Below are positions 1-9,018 of a DNA stretch of 52,089 nucleotides, in pieces. Under the pieces are notes generated by a model, which saw only the letters and a list, made by a program, of their open reading frames with translations, was not told where the DNA came from and ran no database searches. Origin of the DNA: a virus (taxonomy: Duplodnaviria; Heunggongvirae; Uroviricota; Caudoviricetes); IMG/VR virus record IMGVR_UViG_3300041407_000207, positions 1 through 52,089 of that record; one strand, 5' to 3'. The position numbers and the translations under genes are program-made. How positions within the stretch are numbered: the stretch's first letter is position 1; the number at the start of each line of letters is the position of its first letter.

Positions 1-866
1 GAACTAAGGCTCAGCCAGATATTCAGAACCATGTCGATCTGATCTTCACCCACCTCTTCCGAGAAGTCAATCATTTCATCCAATGCCAGAATCCACGGCG
101 GTTGGAAGGTGAAGGCCCGAGGGGTATCAAAGAGATTGAACCAAAGGGACTCAGCGTCAGAATCTTTCAGAATCTTCGACCAAGGATCGATTTTGATGAT
201 CGACTTGGTGTGGGGATCATCTGAACGAACTTCTTGAGGTTCGATGTCCTCCAACTTGCCGATGCCTATTTTGGAGAGCTTGAGCCCAGAAGCTTCTCCG
301 ATGCAGGACGCCATGTAAGCGGAGCAGATAGACTCCGAGGAGAGAACCGTTACATCGCGGATTGATGGAGGGGACGCATGTGCCCCGAAAGGCTGAAGTT
401 CCTGAGTCAGATGTTCTGTCAGGTAATTCACCTCAAGCATGTCGGACATACCTTCGAAGTGATGCTGGTGCCAGGCCTTGCTAGCCGCTGCAGCAGCGAT
501 CATGCCTTCAAGATAGTCACCCTTAACTCCGAGCAAGATATAGCCGCCTAGCTTTGTCACGGCGATGTCAAAGCGTACTGGGAAGCTTGGATCTTGGTGT
601 GCCCAGGAAGAGGCTGCCGCGTTGAAAACTTGTTCCTTGCGGAGACTTCCGAACTGTGGAGTTTCAAGAGGATCCCCGGTAGCGAACAGATTATTCAAGG
701 CTACTGGGACTCGACCTGCGTAATCCATCAAAGCATTGACCAAATTAGTCGGATGTTCTTTAACAACGACCATAGACCCTTCGGACCAATGGCTTGGATC
801 AAGTCCTTTATTGGAGATTCTAGTCTGCCAGTTAGGACGTACGGAAACGGACTCTTTAGAGAGCAT
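1..866 (-). CDS. hypothetical protein, partial (runs off the window start)
   Basis: Own translation: ATG at 866 (MLSKESVSVRPNWQTR...) with no stop before position 1. Absent from the ORF track because it lacks a stop. No family recognised. Confidence 0.7.
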   Translation of the reverse strand, partial: MLSKESVSVRPNWQTRISNKGLDPSHWSEGSMVVVKEHPTNLVNALMDYAGRVPVALNNLFATGDPLETPQFGSLRKEQVFNAAASSWAHQDPSFPVRFDIAVTKLGGYILLGVKGDYLEGMIAAAAASKAWHQHHFEGMSDMLEVNYLTEHLTQELQPFGAHASPPSIRDVTVLSSESICSAYMASCIGEASGLKLSKIGIGKLEDIEPQEVRSDDPHTKSIIKIDPWSKILKDSDAESLWFNLFDTPRAFTFQPPWILALDEMIDFSEEVGEDQIDMVLNIWLSLS

Positions 867-897
867 GTGGGTCACCTTGTAATTTCTATTTTTTAAA

Positions 898-919
898 ACA
901 ACGACCGAAGTCGTTGTTA
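898..919 (-). terminator. intrinsic terminator-like hairpin
   Basis: Minus strand AACAACGAC-TTCG-GTCGTTGTT followed by TTT, directly after the stop of 917..1150. Confidence 0.55.
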
Positions 920-1150
920 TTTGGCAGTCTTTACCGCAGGTTTTTGACGACGGTTTTTAGCTGGTTGATCTGACTCCGGTAGATCAGATCCCTTGTGTCG
1001 AATTGCGCCTGGGCAGTCTTCTTCCAAACCGTCCATACTACGGTCATCCCCCTCTACTCGGACTTCCTTGAACCGTTCGAATCGTTCTGCGAGAGAACGA
1101 CTCATAAGATGGGAACCACCCTTCGGTCGTACTCTATGGCTAGCACTCAT
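917..1150 (-). CDS. hypothetical protein (77 aa)
   Basis: AAGGA RBS upstream, GGTATAAG motif at 1205-1211, hairpin after the stop. Confidence 0.6.
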   Translation of the reverse strand: MSASHRVRPKGGSHLMSRSLAERFERFKEVRVEGDDRSMDGLEEDCPGAIRHKGSDLPESDQPAKNRRQKPAVKTAK

Positions 1151-1204
1151 ACATTATCCTTTTTAGTTATTAGGGGAGAAACGTACATTTCTCCTACACA
1201 ATTC

Positions 1205-1211
1205 TTATACC
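1205..1211 (-). promoter_or_regulatory. class E (putative early) promoter motif GGTATAAG
   Basis: TTATACC on + strand, intergenic, upstream of a minus-strand gene. Confidence 0.65.
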
Positions 1212-1218
1212 AGAACGG

Positions 1219-1542
1219 CTAGTCACGTTTGACTAATTTACGCCTAGGACCGTCATCTTCGCCTGCGATTACACGAGGAATCATACACCAAAACAATGGG
1301 TCTACGATATATCCGCTATCTGCTATGTATTTCCCACCAAGGTAATACCCGGTAGATATCATTTCTTTATCCATGACCAACCAGACATGCATACCTGGCT
1401 TTGGTGGATTATTTGCAGAATTTACGAAAACTGCTTTATGAAGAATCTCTGTAACTTTGATTACTTGAGTATTCAAATAGTCAACTTGTTTGGAGAGATG
1501 ATCCATGCCATCTCGATAACCTTGCTCATATTCTGGAGTCAT
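1219..1542 (-). CDS. hypothetical phage protein, DUF551-like C-terminal half
   Basis: Pattern PPKPGMHVWLV...GYY...W.MIP resembles DUF551 phage proteins; start overlaps the thyX stop. Confidence 0.45.
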   Translation of the reverse strand: MTPEYEQGYRDGMDHLSKQVDYLNTQVIKVTEILHKAVFVNSANNPPKPGMHVWLVMDKEMISTGYYLGGKYIADSGYIVDPLFWCMIPRVIAGEDDGPRRKLVKRD

Positions 1543-2225
1543 GAGATTTCACCTAGAACATGCTTTTTGAAAGCTGCCAAAGTAACCGGGATGTACGGCT
1601 TGATAAGTTCCAAGATGGCCTTGGCATATACCTGGATTTCATATTGAGAATGAGCGTGGTCGCGAAGACGCAAGAACCCAAACAGGTTATGGAGATCGAC
1701 CGTACCGAAGAAGTGAGTGTAGATATTCATAGGCAGGACGCCGCGAGCAATCTCTCGGGGAACTCCACGGGCAATCAAGGTAAGGTACATTTTGTACGCT
1801 ACTTCGTTTGCATTGGCGATAAGACTGAGAGTTTCTGCTTCGTGTTCAGGATCGATGTCTACTAGATCCCGCATCTGCTTGTTGTCTTTATTCTGAACAC
1901 CTAGCAGTCCTTTTTCAGGAACGTACATCTCATCTGGAAGAACCGAATACCGAGCAGAGACTTCACTGTAACCCCAAGCACGGTGACGCATCCATTGACG
2001 GGCAACGAACATCGGGCACTTTACTTCGAAGGTGAACTGAACAGATTCTAGAGGACTTGTGTGATGATTTTTTACGAGGTAGTTGATTAGTCGAGTATCG
2101 CTTCCTTCGTCTTCCCCGGCACGCCAATCAGCGTCATAGCTAACTCGGGCGTTTCGAACTACCGAGAGATCAGAACCCATGTGATCAATCAAACGAATGA
2201 ACCCGTGGTCAAGTAACTTAATCAA
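1539..2225 (-). CDS. thyX: FAD-dependent thymidylate synthase ThyX
   Basis: ThyX signature ARQWMRHR...SEVSARY, H.SPLE.V.FTF, and LHNL.GFL.LR...HSQYEI. Confidence 0.96.
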   Translation of the reverse strand: MIKLLDHGFIRLIDHMGSDLSVVRNARVSYDADWRAGEDEGSDTRLINYLVKNHHTSPLESVQFTFEVKCPMFVARQWMRHRAWGYSEVSARYSVLPDEMYVPEKGLLGVQNKDNKQMRDLVDIDPEHEAETLSLIANANEVAYKMYLTLIARGVPREIARGVLPMNIYTHFFGTVDLHNLFGFLRLRDHAHSQYEIQVYAKAILELIKPYIPVTLAAFKKHVLGEIS

Positions 2226-2368
2226 AGAAAGTGCTCCATATAGATAATGAATACACTCTATCGAAATCTAAAAAAAGCCGCAAGATATAAAAAGGAGATG
2301 CCGGAGGGGAAGCCCGACATCTCAAAACCTCCAGCCGGACCTTTACAGCTGGAGGAGGTGTAAATCTC

Positions 2369-2485
2369 TTAATCGCAACAAACGCCGTTTACGAGCAGTC
2401 CGATGATGAAGCCCAAGAATAGAATTCCAAGTGCGATACCACCGATTGTCAGAACTATGCCTGCAAGAAACCCTAGAAGTCCCAT
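2369..2485 (-). CDS. small single-pass membrane protein (38 aa, not in ORF track)
   Basis: Own translation MGLLGFLAGIVLTIGGIALGILFLGFIIGLLVNGVCCD*; start overlaps the end of 2473..2802. Confidence 0.5.
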   Translation of the reverse strand: MGLLGFLAGIVLTIGGIALGILFLGFIIGLLVNGVCCD

Positions 2486-2802
2486 GGGTCTTTCTTCCGA
2501 GTGAATAGATCTGGGACAGCCCCTAGATCTGTATAGATGTATTCGCGTTCGAGCTTTTCGAGTTCGCTGTCAGTAACCTGGACTCGCTCTTTGCGGATAT
2601 TCCGTTTGAAGCATTGAACATCAAGTATTACGTGGAGCTGTTCCTCGTTCTTGTGAAGCTTCTTTTTCATCTGAACAATTGAATCCAACCGATTTGCAGC
2701 CTCGGGTACCTTAATCAACTTCTCTCGTGGAACCAATTTGCCTGTAGAAGGTTTGGTCACGGTTACCCGAAAGTCAAATTCGTACATGCGATGTCCTATC
2801 AA
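2473..2802 (-). CDS. hypothetical protein
   Basis: ORF downstream of the class E motif at 2855. Confidence 0.65.
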   Translation of the reverse strand: MIGHRMYEFDFRVTVTKPSTGKLVPREKLIKVPEAANRLDSIVQMKKKLHKNEEQLHVILDVQCFKRNIRKERVQVTDSELEKLEREYIYTDLGAVPDLFTRKKDPWDF

Positions 2803-2854
2803 TTTATAGTTCTGGGAAGGAGAAGTAGCGAGTCGTTGTTTCTCTCTACTTCTC

Positions 2855-2861
2855 TTATACC
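2855..2861 (-). promoter_or_regulatory. class E promoter motif GGTATAAG
   Basis: TTATACC, intergenic. Confidence 0.65.
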
Positions 2862-2872
2862 AGAATTGATGG

Positions 2873-3619
2873 TCAACTCATGAATCGCCCAAACATCTCA
2901 TTCATCATTTCAGCATGGCCGACTGGGGCAGGCTTAGTGACGACTTCCTTAACATACGCAGGAGCGGGTTTAACTGGCTCAGGGGCTTGTTGATTTTCAG
3001 GCTTAGACGCCCAAGGAGCGGGTTCCGGAGCCTTTGGCATTTCCCAAGCAGGGGCCGGTACTGGCCGAGCAGAAGCAAACGCATCTGCGAATTGGTCAGC
3101 CAACGACTTCTGAGAACCCAGTTGTTTCAGAACATCCGCAGGAGAAGGCATCGCCGGGATGACGGAGTTCCAGCCGATATCTGCCATCAGATTTACGGGA
3201 GGCTGAGGGGAGTTAGAGCTATACGCCCCTACACTCAGTTTGCCACTAACGTTGATGGATTCCCCTCCATCACAGTAGTTGTAGGCTACTCGGGTGTAAC
3301 CGTTGAGATACTCGAGGTCGAGAACCTCTCCGTGATCTTCGGAGATGATTACGTCAAGTCGAAGTTCCGGCTCCATGGCCAAACGACGGTCATGAAACCA
3401 CGGAGTCTGAACCAACGCCAAGGAAAGACCGTGATCGTCCATGAGCTCTGTTTGTTTCGGAGTAGCACGAACCTGGAGCAGGCCGTTAATACCGTGGCAA
3501 CCGCCGAGATATTCTGCTTCAGCAATGGGGCCGATAAATCCGATACCGCGAAGTTGTTCATAGGTGAGAACTTGTTCACCGTCGATAACTACGAAACCAG
3601 TAAAAGTTGTTACAGACAT
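2873..3619 (-). CDS. hypothetical protein with Pro/Ala-rich C-terminal tail
   Basis: 248 aa ORF; low-complexity PAPAWEMPKAPEPAPW tail. Confidence 0.75.
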   Translation of the reverse strand: MSVTTFTGFVVIDGEQVLTYEQLRGIGFIGPIAEAEYLGGCHGINGLLQVRATPKQTELMDDHGLSLALVQTPWFHDRRLAMEPELRLDVIISEDHGEVLDLEYLNGYTRVAYNYCDGGESINVSGKLSVGAYSSNSPQPPVNLMADIGWNSVIPAMPSPADVLKQLGSQKSLADQFADAFASARPVPAPAWEMPKAPEPAPWASKPENQQAPEPVKPAPAYVKEVVTKPAPVGHAEMMNEMFGRFMS

Positions 3620-3668
3620 TTTGTCTCTCCAGGCTATTTAAAGCTAAAGAAAAAAGTCAGGAAAACAA

Positions 3669-3690
3669 GAGGAGCCCCCGAAGGGGCCCC
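3669..3690 (-). terminator. intrinsic terminator
   Basis: Minus strand GGGGCCCC-TTCG-GGGGCTCC followed by a T-rich tract, after 3720..4100. Confidence 0.65.
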
Positions 3691-3719
3691 ACTTATATAC
3701 TACGACCGGCGAGTGGAAA

Positions 3720-4100
3720 TTACTCGGCAGCGCTTACGACGCCCAGGGCGCTTGCGATGGACGAATCGGCCAGGAAGCCGTTGATCAGGCCTTCGATGTT
3801 GAAGTCGCGGAACACTTCGGTGTAAGCCGAAGTAACGCCTGCGTAGGCCAGTTTCTGCAGAGCAACATGCTCAGGCTTGAAGCGCTGAACGGCAACCATC
3901 AGCAGGTTGGCCAGAGCCAGTTTGCCCAGCGGCTCGGAAGCGTAACCGCGAACCAGAACAGGCAGTTTCGGGCCGATCAGTTGAGCCAGTTTGTTGTTGA
4001 CGATGCGACCAGCTTCCAGATACGCGGCGGTTTTTGCCAGGTCTTTGTTGGTAGCGAATGCGACGGAAGCAGCTGCACCGAGGTTCAGGGAAGTCGACAT
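3720..4100 (-). CDS. hypothetical protein (Ala/Leu-rich, helical)
   Basis: 126 aa ORF between the class E motif at 4182 and a terminator. Confidence 0.75.
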   Translation of the reverse strand: MSTSLNLGAAASVAFATNKDLAKTAAYLEAGRIVNNKLAQLIGPKLPVLVRGYASEPLGKLALANLLMVAVQRFKPEHVALQKLAYAGVTSAYTEVFRDFNIEGLINGFLADSSIASALGVVSAAE

Positions 4101-4181
4101 ATTTTGAGTCTCCAGGTCTTTCGAAAGATAAAGGATATTGCCAGGAATAAGCTAACTAAAGAATACTCTCTCGCACTATTG

Positions 4182-4188
4182 TTATACC
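4182..4188 (-). promoter_or_regulatory. class E promoter motif GGTATAAC
   Basis: TTATACC, intergenic. Confidence 0.6.
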
Positions 4189-4201
4189 AAGGTTACTGCA
4201 T

Positions 4202-4408
4202 TTATTGAATTTTTCGCCAATAGATCTGACCGTCTTTACCACGATATTGTTCGTGAGGGCGCATCTTCATCAGACAGACCTTCTTCTTGTTGCATTCGGT
4301 AACCATGAAATTACGAATGATCGGTTTTGGTTTTGCGGCGGGCTCGGTATGTGCCGAGATAGTTGGGAGGAGAAAGATAAACAAAAGCATTAAATTCAAA
4401 GGGTTCAA
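4202..4408 (-). CDS. small hypothetical protein with signal-peptide-like N-terminus
   Basis: MNPLNLMLLFIFLLPTISA hydrophobic leader. Confidence 0.45.
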   Translation of the reverse strand: MNPLNLMLLFIFLLPTISAHTEPAAKPKPIIRNFMVTECNKKKVCLMKMRPHEQYRGKDGQIYWRKIQ

Positions 4409-4465
4409 AGTACACCTCTTCTTCGAAGCCTGGTTTATCCCAGGCCTCTGATTAGTAGATTGTAC

Positions 4466-4798
4466 TTATTTAAGAATCCAATTGTTATTCAAAGTTGTAC
4501 GAGTTTCATTGCGGTTAGGGAACGCATGGATAGTAGCCCGTTTAGCCAGAGACTCCCGAGTGTTCTTGGCAACAGTATCAATCGCCCCTGCACCGAATAC
4601 CGCCATTTTGTAAAGCATCATGGATGGCACGTCATTGAAGCCTTCAAGTTCGAAGCGCAATTCAGTTTGACGACCAGCCATTACCATGATGCGAAACGCT
4701 TGGCGGTGTTCCTCATTGAAGGGGTCAAAGACCACCTTTTCTTTCGAGATCGTTGTTACCGTTTTTTCAGTAGTACGAGTTTTAAGAACGGTGGTCAT
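4466..4798 (-). CDS. hypothetical protein
   Basis: 110 aa ORF downstream of the class E motif at 4855. Confidence 0.7.
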   Translation of the reverse strand: MTTVLKTRTTEKTVTTISKEKVVFDPFNEEHRQAFRIMVMAGRQTELRFELEGFNDVPSMMLYKMAVFGAGAIDTVAKNTRESLAKRATIHAFPNRNETRTTLNNNWILK

Positions 4799-4854
4799 AA
4801 GATTCCCCTACAATTTATAGTTTGAGGCAGTGGATATATTCCTCTGCACTACTC

Positions 4855-4861
4855 TTATACC
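4855..4861 (-). promoter_or_regulatory. class E promoter motif GGTATAAG overlapping the upstream stop codon
   Basis: The TAA in the motif is the stop of 4855..5175. Confidence 0.65.
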
Positions 4862-5175
4862 GGTTGAGGGTCCTCTGGTTGAACTCTACCGTTGAAGGTA
4901 TCGAGACGTTCTTTCAGTCGACTCATCTTGTATTCGATCATCTCCTGCACCTCAGATTCACCAATCATAATTGCAAGTTGATTCGCCATAATAAATGCGT
5001 CTGCAATCTCTCCTGCGAATTTCTTACCGTCAATCCGGCCACGTTTGAATTGGTTGATGGCGGTGATGCACTCCCCGAATTCTTCGTTGGCCATACCGAA
5101 TTGTTCTTCGTAACCCCAAGTTTCCAGAGCATCAATCAAAGTTGGGTAGCTTGCAAACGGAAGCTTAATACTCAT
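4855..5175 (-). CDS. MazG-like nucleotide pyrophosphohydrolase
   Basis: EEFGE...GEIAD acidic helical motif pair typical of MazG-like all-alpha NTP pyrophosphatases. Confidence 0.8.
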   Translation of the reverse strand: MSIKLPFASYPTLIDALETWGYEEQFGMANEEFGECITAINQFKRGRIDGKKFAGEIADAFIMANQLAIMIGESEVQEMIEYKMSRLKERLDTFNGRVQPEDPQPV

Positions 5176-5178
5176 TTT

Positions 5179-6942
5179 TCAAACCTCTACTTTTCTGCTA
5201 TTGACGAAGTCCACCATCATGGAGTCCTTCACGTCTTCTTTATCGCCGAGTACTTTATACACGTATCTTTCGACATCAAAGTCAGATAGGAGTAGAAAAT
5301 ATTCGCACGCTCGTTCCTGACCGATTCGATGAATCCGGTCCTGTTGTTGCAAAAACACTTCTAGGCTGAAGTTCAGACTCATAAAAATCTGAGTGTAGAC
5401 CTGACTGTCGACATTACTGAAAATAGTACCTTCTTCGACTTCCGAGTCTTCCTTGTGGCCTAACACGGTAACGCCGTAGTTCACTGCTTTGGCTTGGCAT
5501 AGGAGAACTTGGTACTTCTTATTCAGGTTGAATTCCTTGACCTTGCCGAAGGTATCTTTTTCACCTCCTGCGATTGTCAGGAAGTCGATACCTGCATCTT
5601 GTAGCGCTTTCTCTGCTAATACACGTTCAGCTTGTAAGTTGTACCAGACCATAACTCTTCGATCTTTTAGTCGATCAGTTAGAAGGTTGTGAAGCTGAAC
5701 GATCTTTGGCTGTTCATCAAAGTAGAGAATTTCCCGTTTAGTAGGCGCTGTCTTTTTTCTCTTCTCACCACTGAACTGACGTTCTCCGAAGAAATCCAGT
5801 TCTTCTCCTAGGAGGTCTGGGCTTTCAGTGTAGTAGATAAATCCATTTGCTACTTGGCACTGCTTGGCCGCTAAAACTAGCGCACTAGGTACTTCTACGT
5901 TTCGTCCTTGGAACTCGGCAACGTAGTTAGACTGGAGTTCGCCAAAGACTCTCTTTTGTTCTTCTGAAACGAAGCAGTCGATGATTGTGAAGGTCTTGTC
6001 TGGAAGGGTGAGCCACTCAGTCTTCTTCATCACGATGCAGCAAGACTCTAGAGTATCTCGCATTTCATCTACGTTTTTGTAGCCTACAACGAACTGGCGT
6101 TTCGGTTTTCCGAACTGATCTTTTCCAGGAGGGGTCTCGATGGCATAGAGGTTCTTGAAGACTTTGTAGTCTCTTCCAACCAGAGAGGGTTCTAAGTACC
6201 GCACTGGAGAAAACAGATCCAGAGGTGAGTTGTTGATCAAGGTACCCGAGTTGATCACCTTGCTCTTAACGTCTTTGCTGATTTCAGTGAGACATTTGGT
6301 TCGAGCAGTAGTTGGTGATTTGATCAGGCCCTCATCGATGTTCATCGAGTCGAATTGAATCTCAGTAGAAAGACCTTCAAACAGGCGAACAGCTTTGTCG
6401 TAGTTGATCACCACGAGCTGAGCTGCTTTCATCTTTGGAAGTTCTTCTTTCCAGTTAGTGGTCTCGACAACATAGACTGTTATTTCGGGACGGTGGATAA
6501 GAACTTCTTCTACCCAAGTACCTAGCAATGCCTTCGGGCAAACTACTAGACTACGTTTGAACTGCATCAAGAAGATGAAATCCAAATAGACCTTCGTTTT
6601 CCCCATGCCCGGTTCAAGTAGAAGACCTGCACTGATCATGGTGTAGAGGAATCTAAGAGCGATCTCTTGGTGAGTCTTCGGAGAGGTGTGATAGGTAAAC
6701 CATTCAGGAAGAGTCTTTAGTTTCAAAGTACCTTTCGCAGTGGCGTACGTTTCTCTATCTACATTCAAGGCTCCGAAATGAACCTTCAGCCTTTTGGCTA
6801 AGTTCTGAACTACCAGAGGTTTATTCATCGCAAGGAATCTGGCCCCACTCCGAAAAAATCCGGGGAAGGCCATCATCTGTTTGATCTCTTTCGAGGTCTC
6901 GGGAATTGCTTCGATGTATTGGCCTACCGTGATCAGTCTCAT
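5179..6942 (-). CDS. SNF2-family (SF2) helicase/ATPase
   Basis: Motif I EPGMGKT, Ia LVVCP, II IDEG, III SGTLINNSPLDL, V QAKAVNYGV, VI QQQDRIHRIGQ. Confidence 0.9.
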   Translation of the reverse strand: MRLITVGQYIEAIPETSKEIKQMMAFPGFFRSGARFLAMNKPLVVQNLAKRLKVHFGALNVDRETYATAKGTLKLKTLPEWFTYHTSPKTHQEIALRFLYTMISAGLLLEPGMGKTKVYLDFIFLMQFKRSLVVCPKALLGTWVEEVLIHRPEITVYVVETTNWKEELPKMKAAQLVVINYDKAVRLFEGLSTEIQFDSMNIDEGLIKSPTTARTKCLTEISKDVKSKVINSGTLINNSPLDLFSPVRYLEPSLVGRDYKVFKNLYAIETPPGKDQFGKPKRQFVVGYKNVDEMRDTLESCCIVMKKTEWLTLPDKTFTIIDCFVSEEQKRVFGELQSNYVAEFQGRNVEVPSALVLAAKQCQVANGFIYYTESPDLLGEELDFFGERQFSGEKRKKTAPTKREILYFDEQPKIVQLHNLLTDRLKDRRVMVWYNLQAERVLAEKALQDAGIDFLTIAGGEKDTFGKVKEFNLNKKYQVLLCQAKAVNYGVTVLGHKEDSEVEEGTIFSNVDSQVYTQIFMSLNFSLEVFLQQQDRIHRIGQERACEYFLLLSDFDVERYVYKVLGDKEDVKDSMMVDFVNSRKVEV

Positions 6943-7499
6943 AGAAGATCTTCCGTGGATTGAGCAAAGCCATCTTTGATGATCATAAGCATGTATCTAC
7001 CTGGGTACATCGAGTAGCTATCTGCGATCAAATGGGATAGCACCCCTTCATATCCGGAGACGTTGGCTACGTAACAGTCAAGATGAGGGTCTTCATGATT
7101 CATAGACACCTCGTCTGCCTTCGCTTTCCAGAACGTCTCAGAAACCTTTTTGTTTAAAGGAATCATTATCAGATACGTACCGTCCGAAAGATTACGGCTT
7201 AGATAGGTCTCTACCGCAGTATTTAAAGAGAAAGCGTGAACGTCAACTTCGTCATGCCAGGACTTTAAAGGGTTTACTTGTGCTTCGTAGTTAGACACTA
7301 CGTAACCAAAGAGAACTTTATGAGAGTGGTAATGGTTATAGATCTCAATGCCTTGAGGATTTGTCACCGTAACAAGATACTTCATTCCGCCAGAAAGCTC
7401 TTTTCGCTTCCAAGGCCAAACCTTAGTAAGTCTTGCTACCAGCCCACGATGAAGCTCAGTCTCGGAGACTATCCTCCCCACATTGTTAAAATTCCACAT
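6939..7499 (-). CDS. hypothetical protein
   Basis: 186 aa ORF whose stop overlaps the helicase start (translational coupling). Confidence 0.75.
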   Translation of the reverse strand: MWNFNNVGRIVSETELHRGLVARLTKVWPWKRKELSGGMKYLVTVTNPQGIEIYNHYHSHKVLFGYVVSNYEAQVNPLKSWHDEVDVHAFSLNTAVETYLSRNLSDGTYLIMIPLNKKVSETFWKAKADEVSMNHEDPHLDCYVANVSGYEGVLSHLIADSYSMYPGRYMLMIIKDGFAQSTEDLL

Positions 7500-7564
7500 A
7501 ATACGGGTACCTATTTTCTAGAAGCCTAAAGTTTACGCAGATTACTCTGCAGGGTCCATATCTC

Positions 7565-7571
7565 TTGTACC
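7565..7571 (-). promoter_or_regulatory. variant class E motif GGTACAAG
   Basis: One mismatch to the consensus; upstream of the 7499-4855 minus-strand operon. Confidence 0.4.
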
Positions 7572-7601
7572 AATATAAACTCGTTTAGTGGGTAAGCCCA
7601 C

Positions 7602-7607
7602 TAAAAT
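7602..7607 (+). promoter_or_regulatory. class L (putative late) promoter hexamer TAAAAT
   Basis: Intergenic, upstream of the tail fibre gene. Confidence 0.5.
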
Positions 7608-7636
7608 CCAAAGATCACATTCCCAGGAGTCACTTA

Positions 7637-8611
7637 GTGTCTACCCCAACATTCAATCCAACGGCTGAAGAGTTCGATGACGTACGCTTGTACACCGAGC
7701 TTGACCCGTATTACTACACAATCGACAACCGTCCACTTCAAGACATCGTAGAAAACGTTGGGAGTTTGGGTTCTTCTTCAGATGCGGCTCGTAGGGCTAC
7801 GTTAATTGAAGCCCTAGGTTCTTCCGCAGTCCTTTCAGGCCTATTCGGATCTGCCAAGAAAATAACAGGTCTTCGTGCCACTGCGACCACCGCAAGTACT
7901 TTGACCGTTGATCCCGGCGCCATGCTGTCTCCTGGAAACATCTCTGATGGTGATACTCGCCAAATTCTTCGAGTAGCAGCAAGCCCCCTACCCGTAGTGC
8001 TTAGCTGTCCTGCCCCAGTCACTCTAGGTAGAGAATTCACGTATATCGTCCAGGCAAAGTTCACTGACTTTACTGGCGCCCAAACCTATCCAAACTACGA
8101 TGGCGCCAATGCATTTCTCCCAGCAACTCTGCTGAATGGATTTTTGCAAGTGAACATTATCGTAGGTGCAGAAGCAAACATTGGTGCTTCGGTAGCTCCT
8201 ACCGTAACTCCCGGCTGGGATCCTCTATACACGGTAGTCAGTGCAGCAGGGGCTCCTTTCCCAGTACTGACTCTGAACGCTTCTGCTCCAGCCCGGATGA
8301 ACACAGTCTCTGCTGAAGAACAGTGGATTGCACCTACGCTTACCAACGGGTGGACCAATGTGGGTGGAGCTTTCCAAGTTGCTCAGTACCGAAGAATAGG
8401 TAATCGAGTATTTCTACGTGGATCTATTGCCCCAGGTACCAGCTCCGCGTTTACCTTGCCAGTAGGATTTAGACCGGCTGCAACCAATCTATTCCCCGTA
8501 CTTAACGGTAGCTCCGGAATCCTCCAAGTTACAATCACCTCTGCCGGAACAGTAACACCCTCCTCTGCGTCGACGACAAACTTAGGACTTATCGAGTTCT
8601 TCGTGGACTAA
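7637..8611 (+). CDS. tail fibre / receptor-binding-like protein
   Basis: N-terminal DPYYYTIDNRPLQD segment and C-terminal W.APTLTNGW...QYRRIGNRVFLRG...FTLPVGFRP module typical of phage fibre tips. Confidence 0.7.
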   Translation: MSTPTFNPTAEEFDDVRLYTELDPYYYTIDNRPLQDIVENVGSLGSSSDAARRATLIEALGSSAVLSGLFGSAKKITGLRATATTASTLTVDPGAMLSPGNISDGDTRQILRVAASPLPVVLSCPAPVTLGREFTYIVQAKFTDFTGAQTYPNYDGANAFLPATLLNGFLQVNIIVGAEANIGASVAPTVTPGWDPLYTVVSAAGAPFPVLTLNASAPARMNTVSAEEQWIAPTLTNGWTNVGGAFQVAQYRRIGNRVFLRGSIAPGTSSAFTLPVGFRPAATNLFPVLNGSSGILQVTITSAGTVTPSSASTTNLGLIEFFVD

Positions 8612-8614
8612 AAG

Positions 8615-8640
8615 AAACCCCGCTCACAAGGCGGGGTTTT
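8615..8640. terminator. bidirectional intrinsic terminator
   Basis: AAACCCCGC-loop-GCGGGGTTTT between convergent genes. Confidence 0.75.
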
Positions 8641-8643
8641 ACT

Positions 8644-8982
8644 TTATATGGATTTGATCTTCTTACAAAGTCGGTAGAGATCTCTCAAACTCTCTAAGAC
8701 GATCTGTGCGCCCTCTTCAGAGCGATCCTGCACAAAGTCATTAAGTCGATGGGCAAACGTCTCAGCGAGGCTCACAAGCTTGTTGGCAGGTGCCCCAGAG
8801 ATGTTCTTGGCAACCATATGCTGACCGGTCTCGTAAATCAGGACTTCGATGTCTGTTACGAAATTCGGTCTGATCTGTGGATGCTCGTGCAGATACAGGA
8901 ATTCTCGAACGGGTTGATTTTCTGAATCTCGGTCGAGCCAAGATTTAATCGTTGGGTTTGATGCGGAAAAGTCATAGGCCAT
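8644..8982 (-). CDS. hypothetical protein
   Basis: AAGGAG RBS; 112 aa; adjacent to the palindromic element. Confidence 0.75.
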   Translation of the reverse strand: MAYDFSASNPTIKSWLDRDSENQPVREFLYLHEHPQIRPNFVTDIEVLIYETGQHMVAKNISGAPANKLVSLAETFAHRLNDFVQDRSEEGAQIVLESLRDLYRLCKKIKSI

Positions 8983-9018
8983 GGTGGTCTCCTTGATTAC
9001 AAAGTTTACGCCAGAGCG

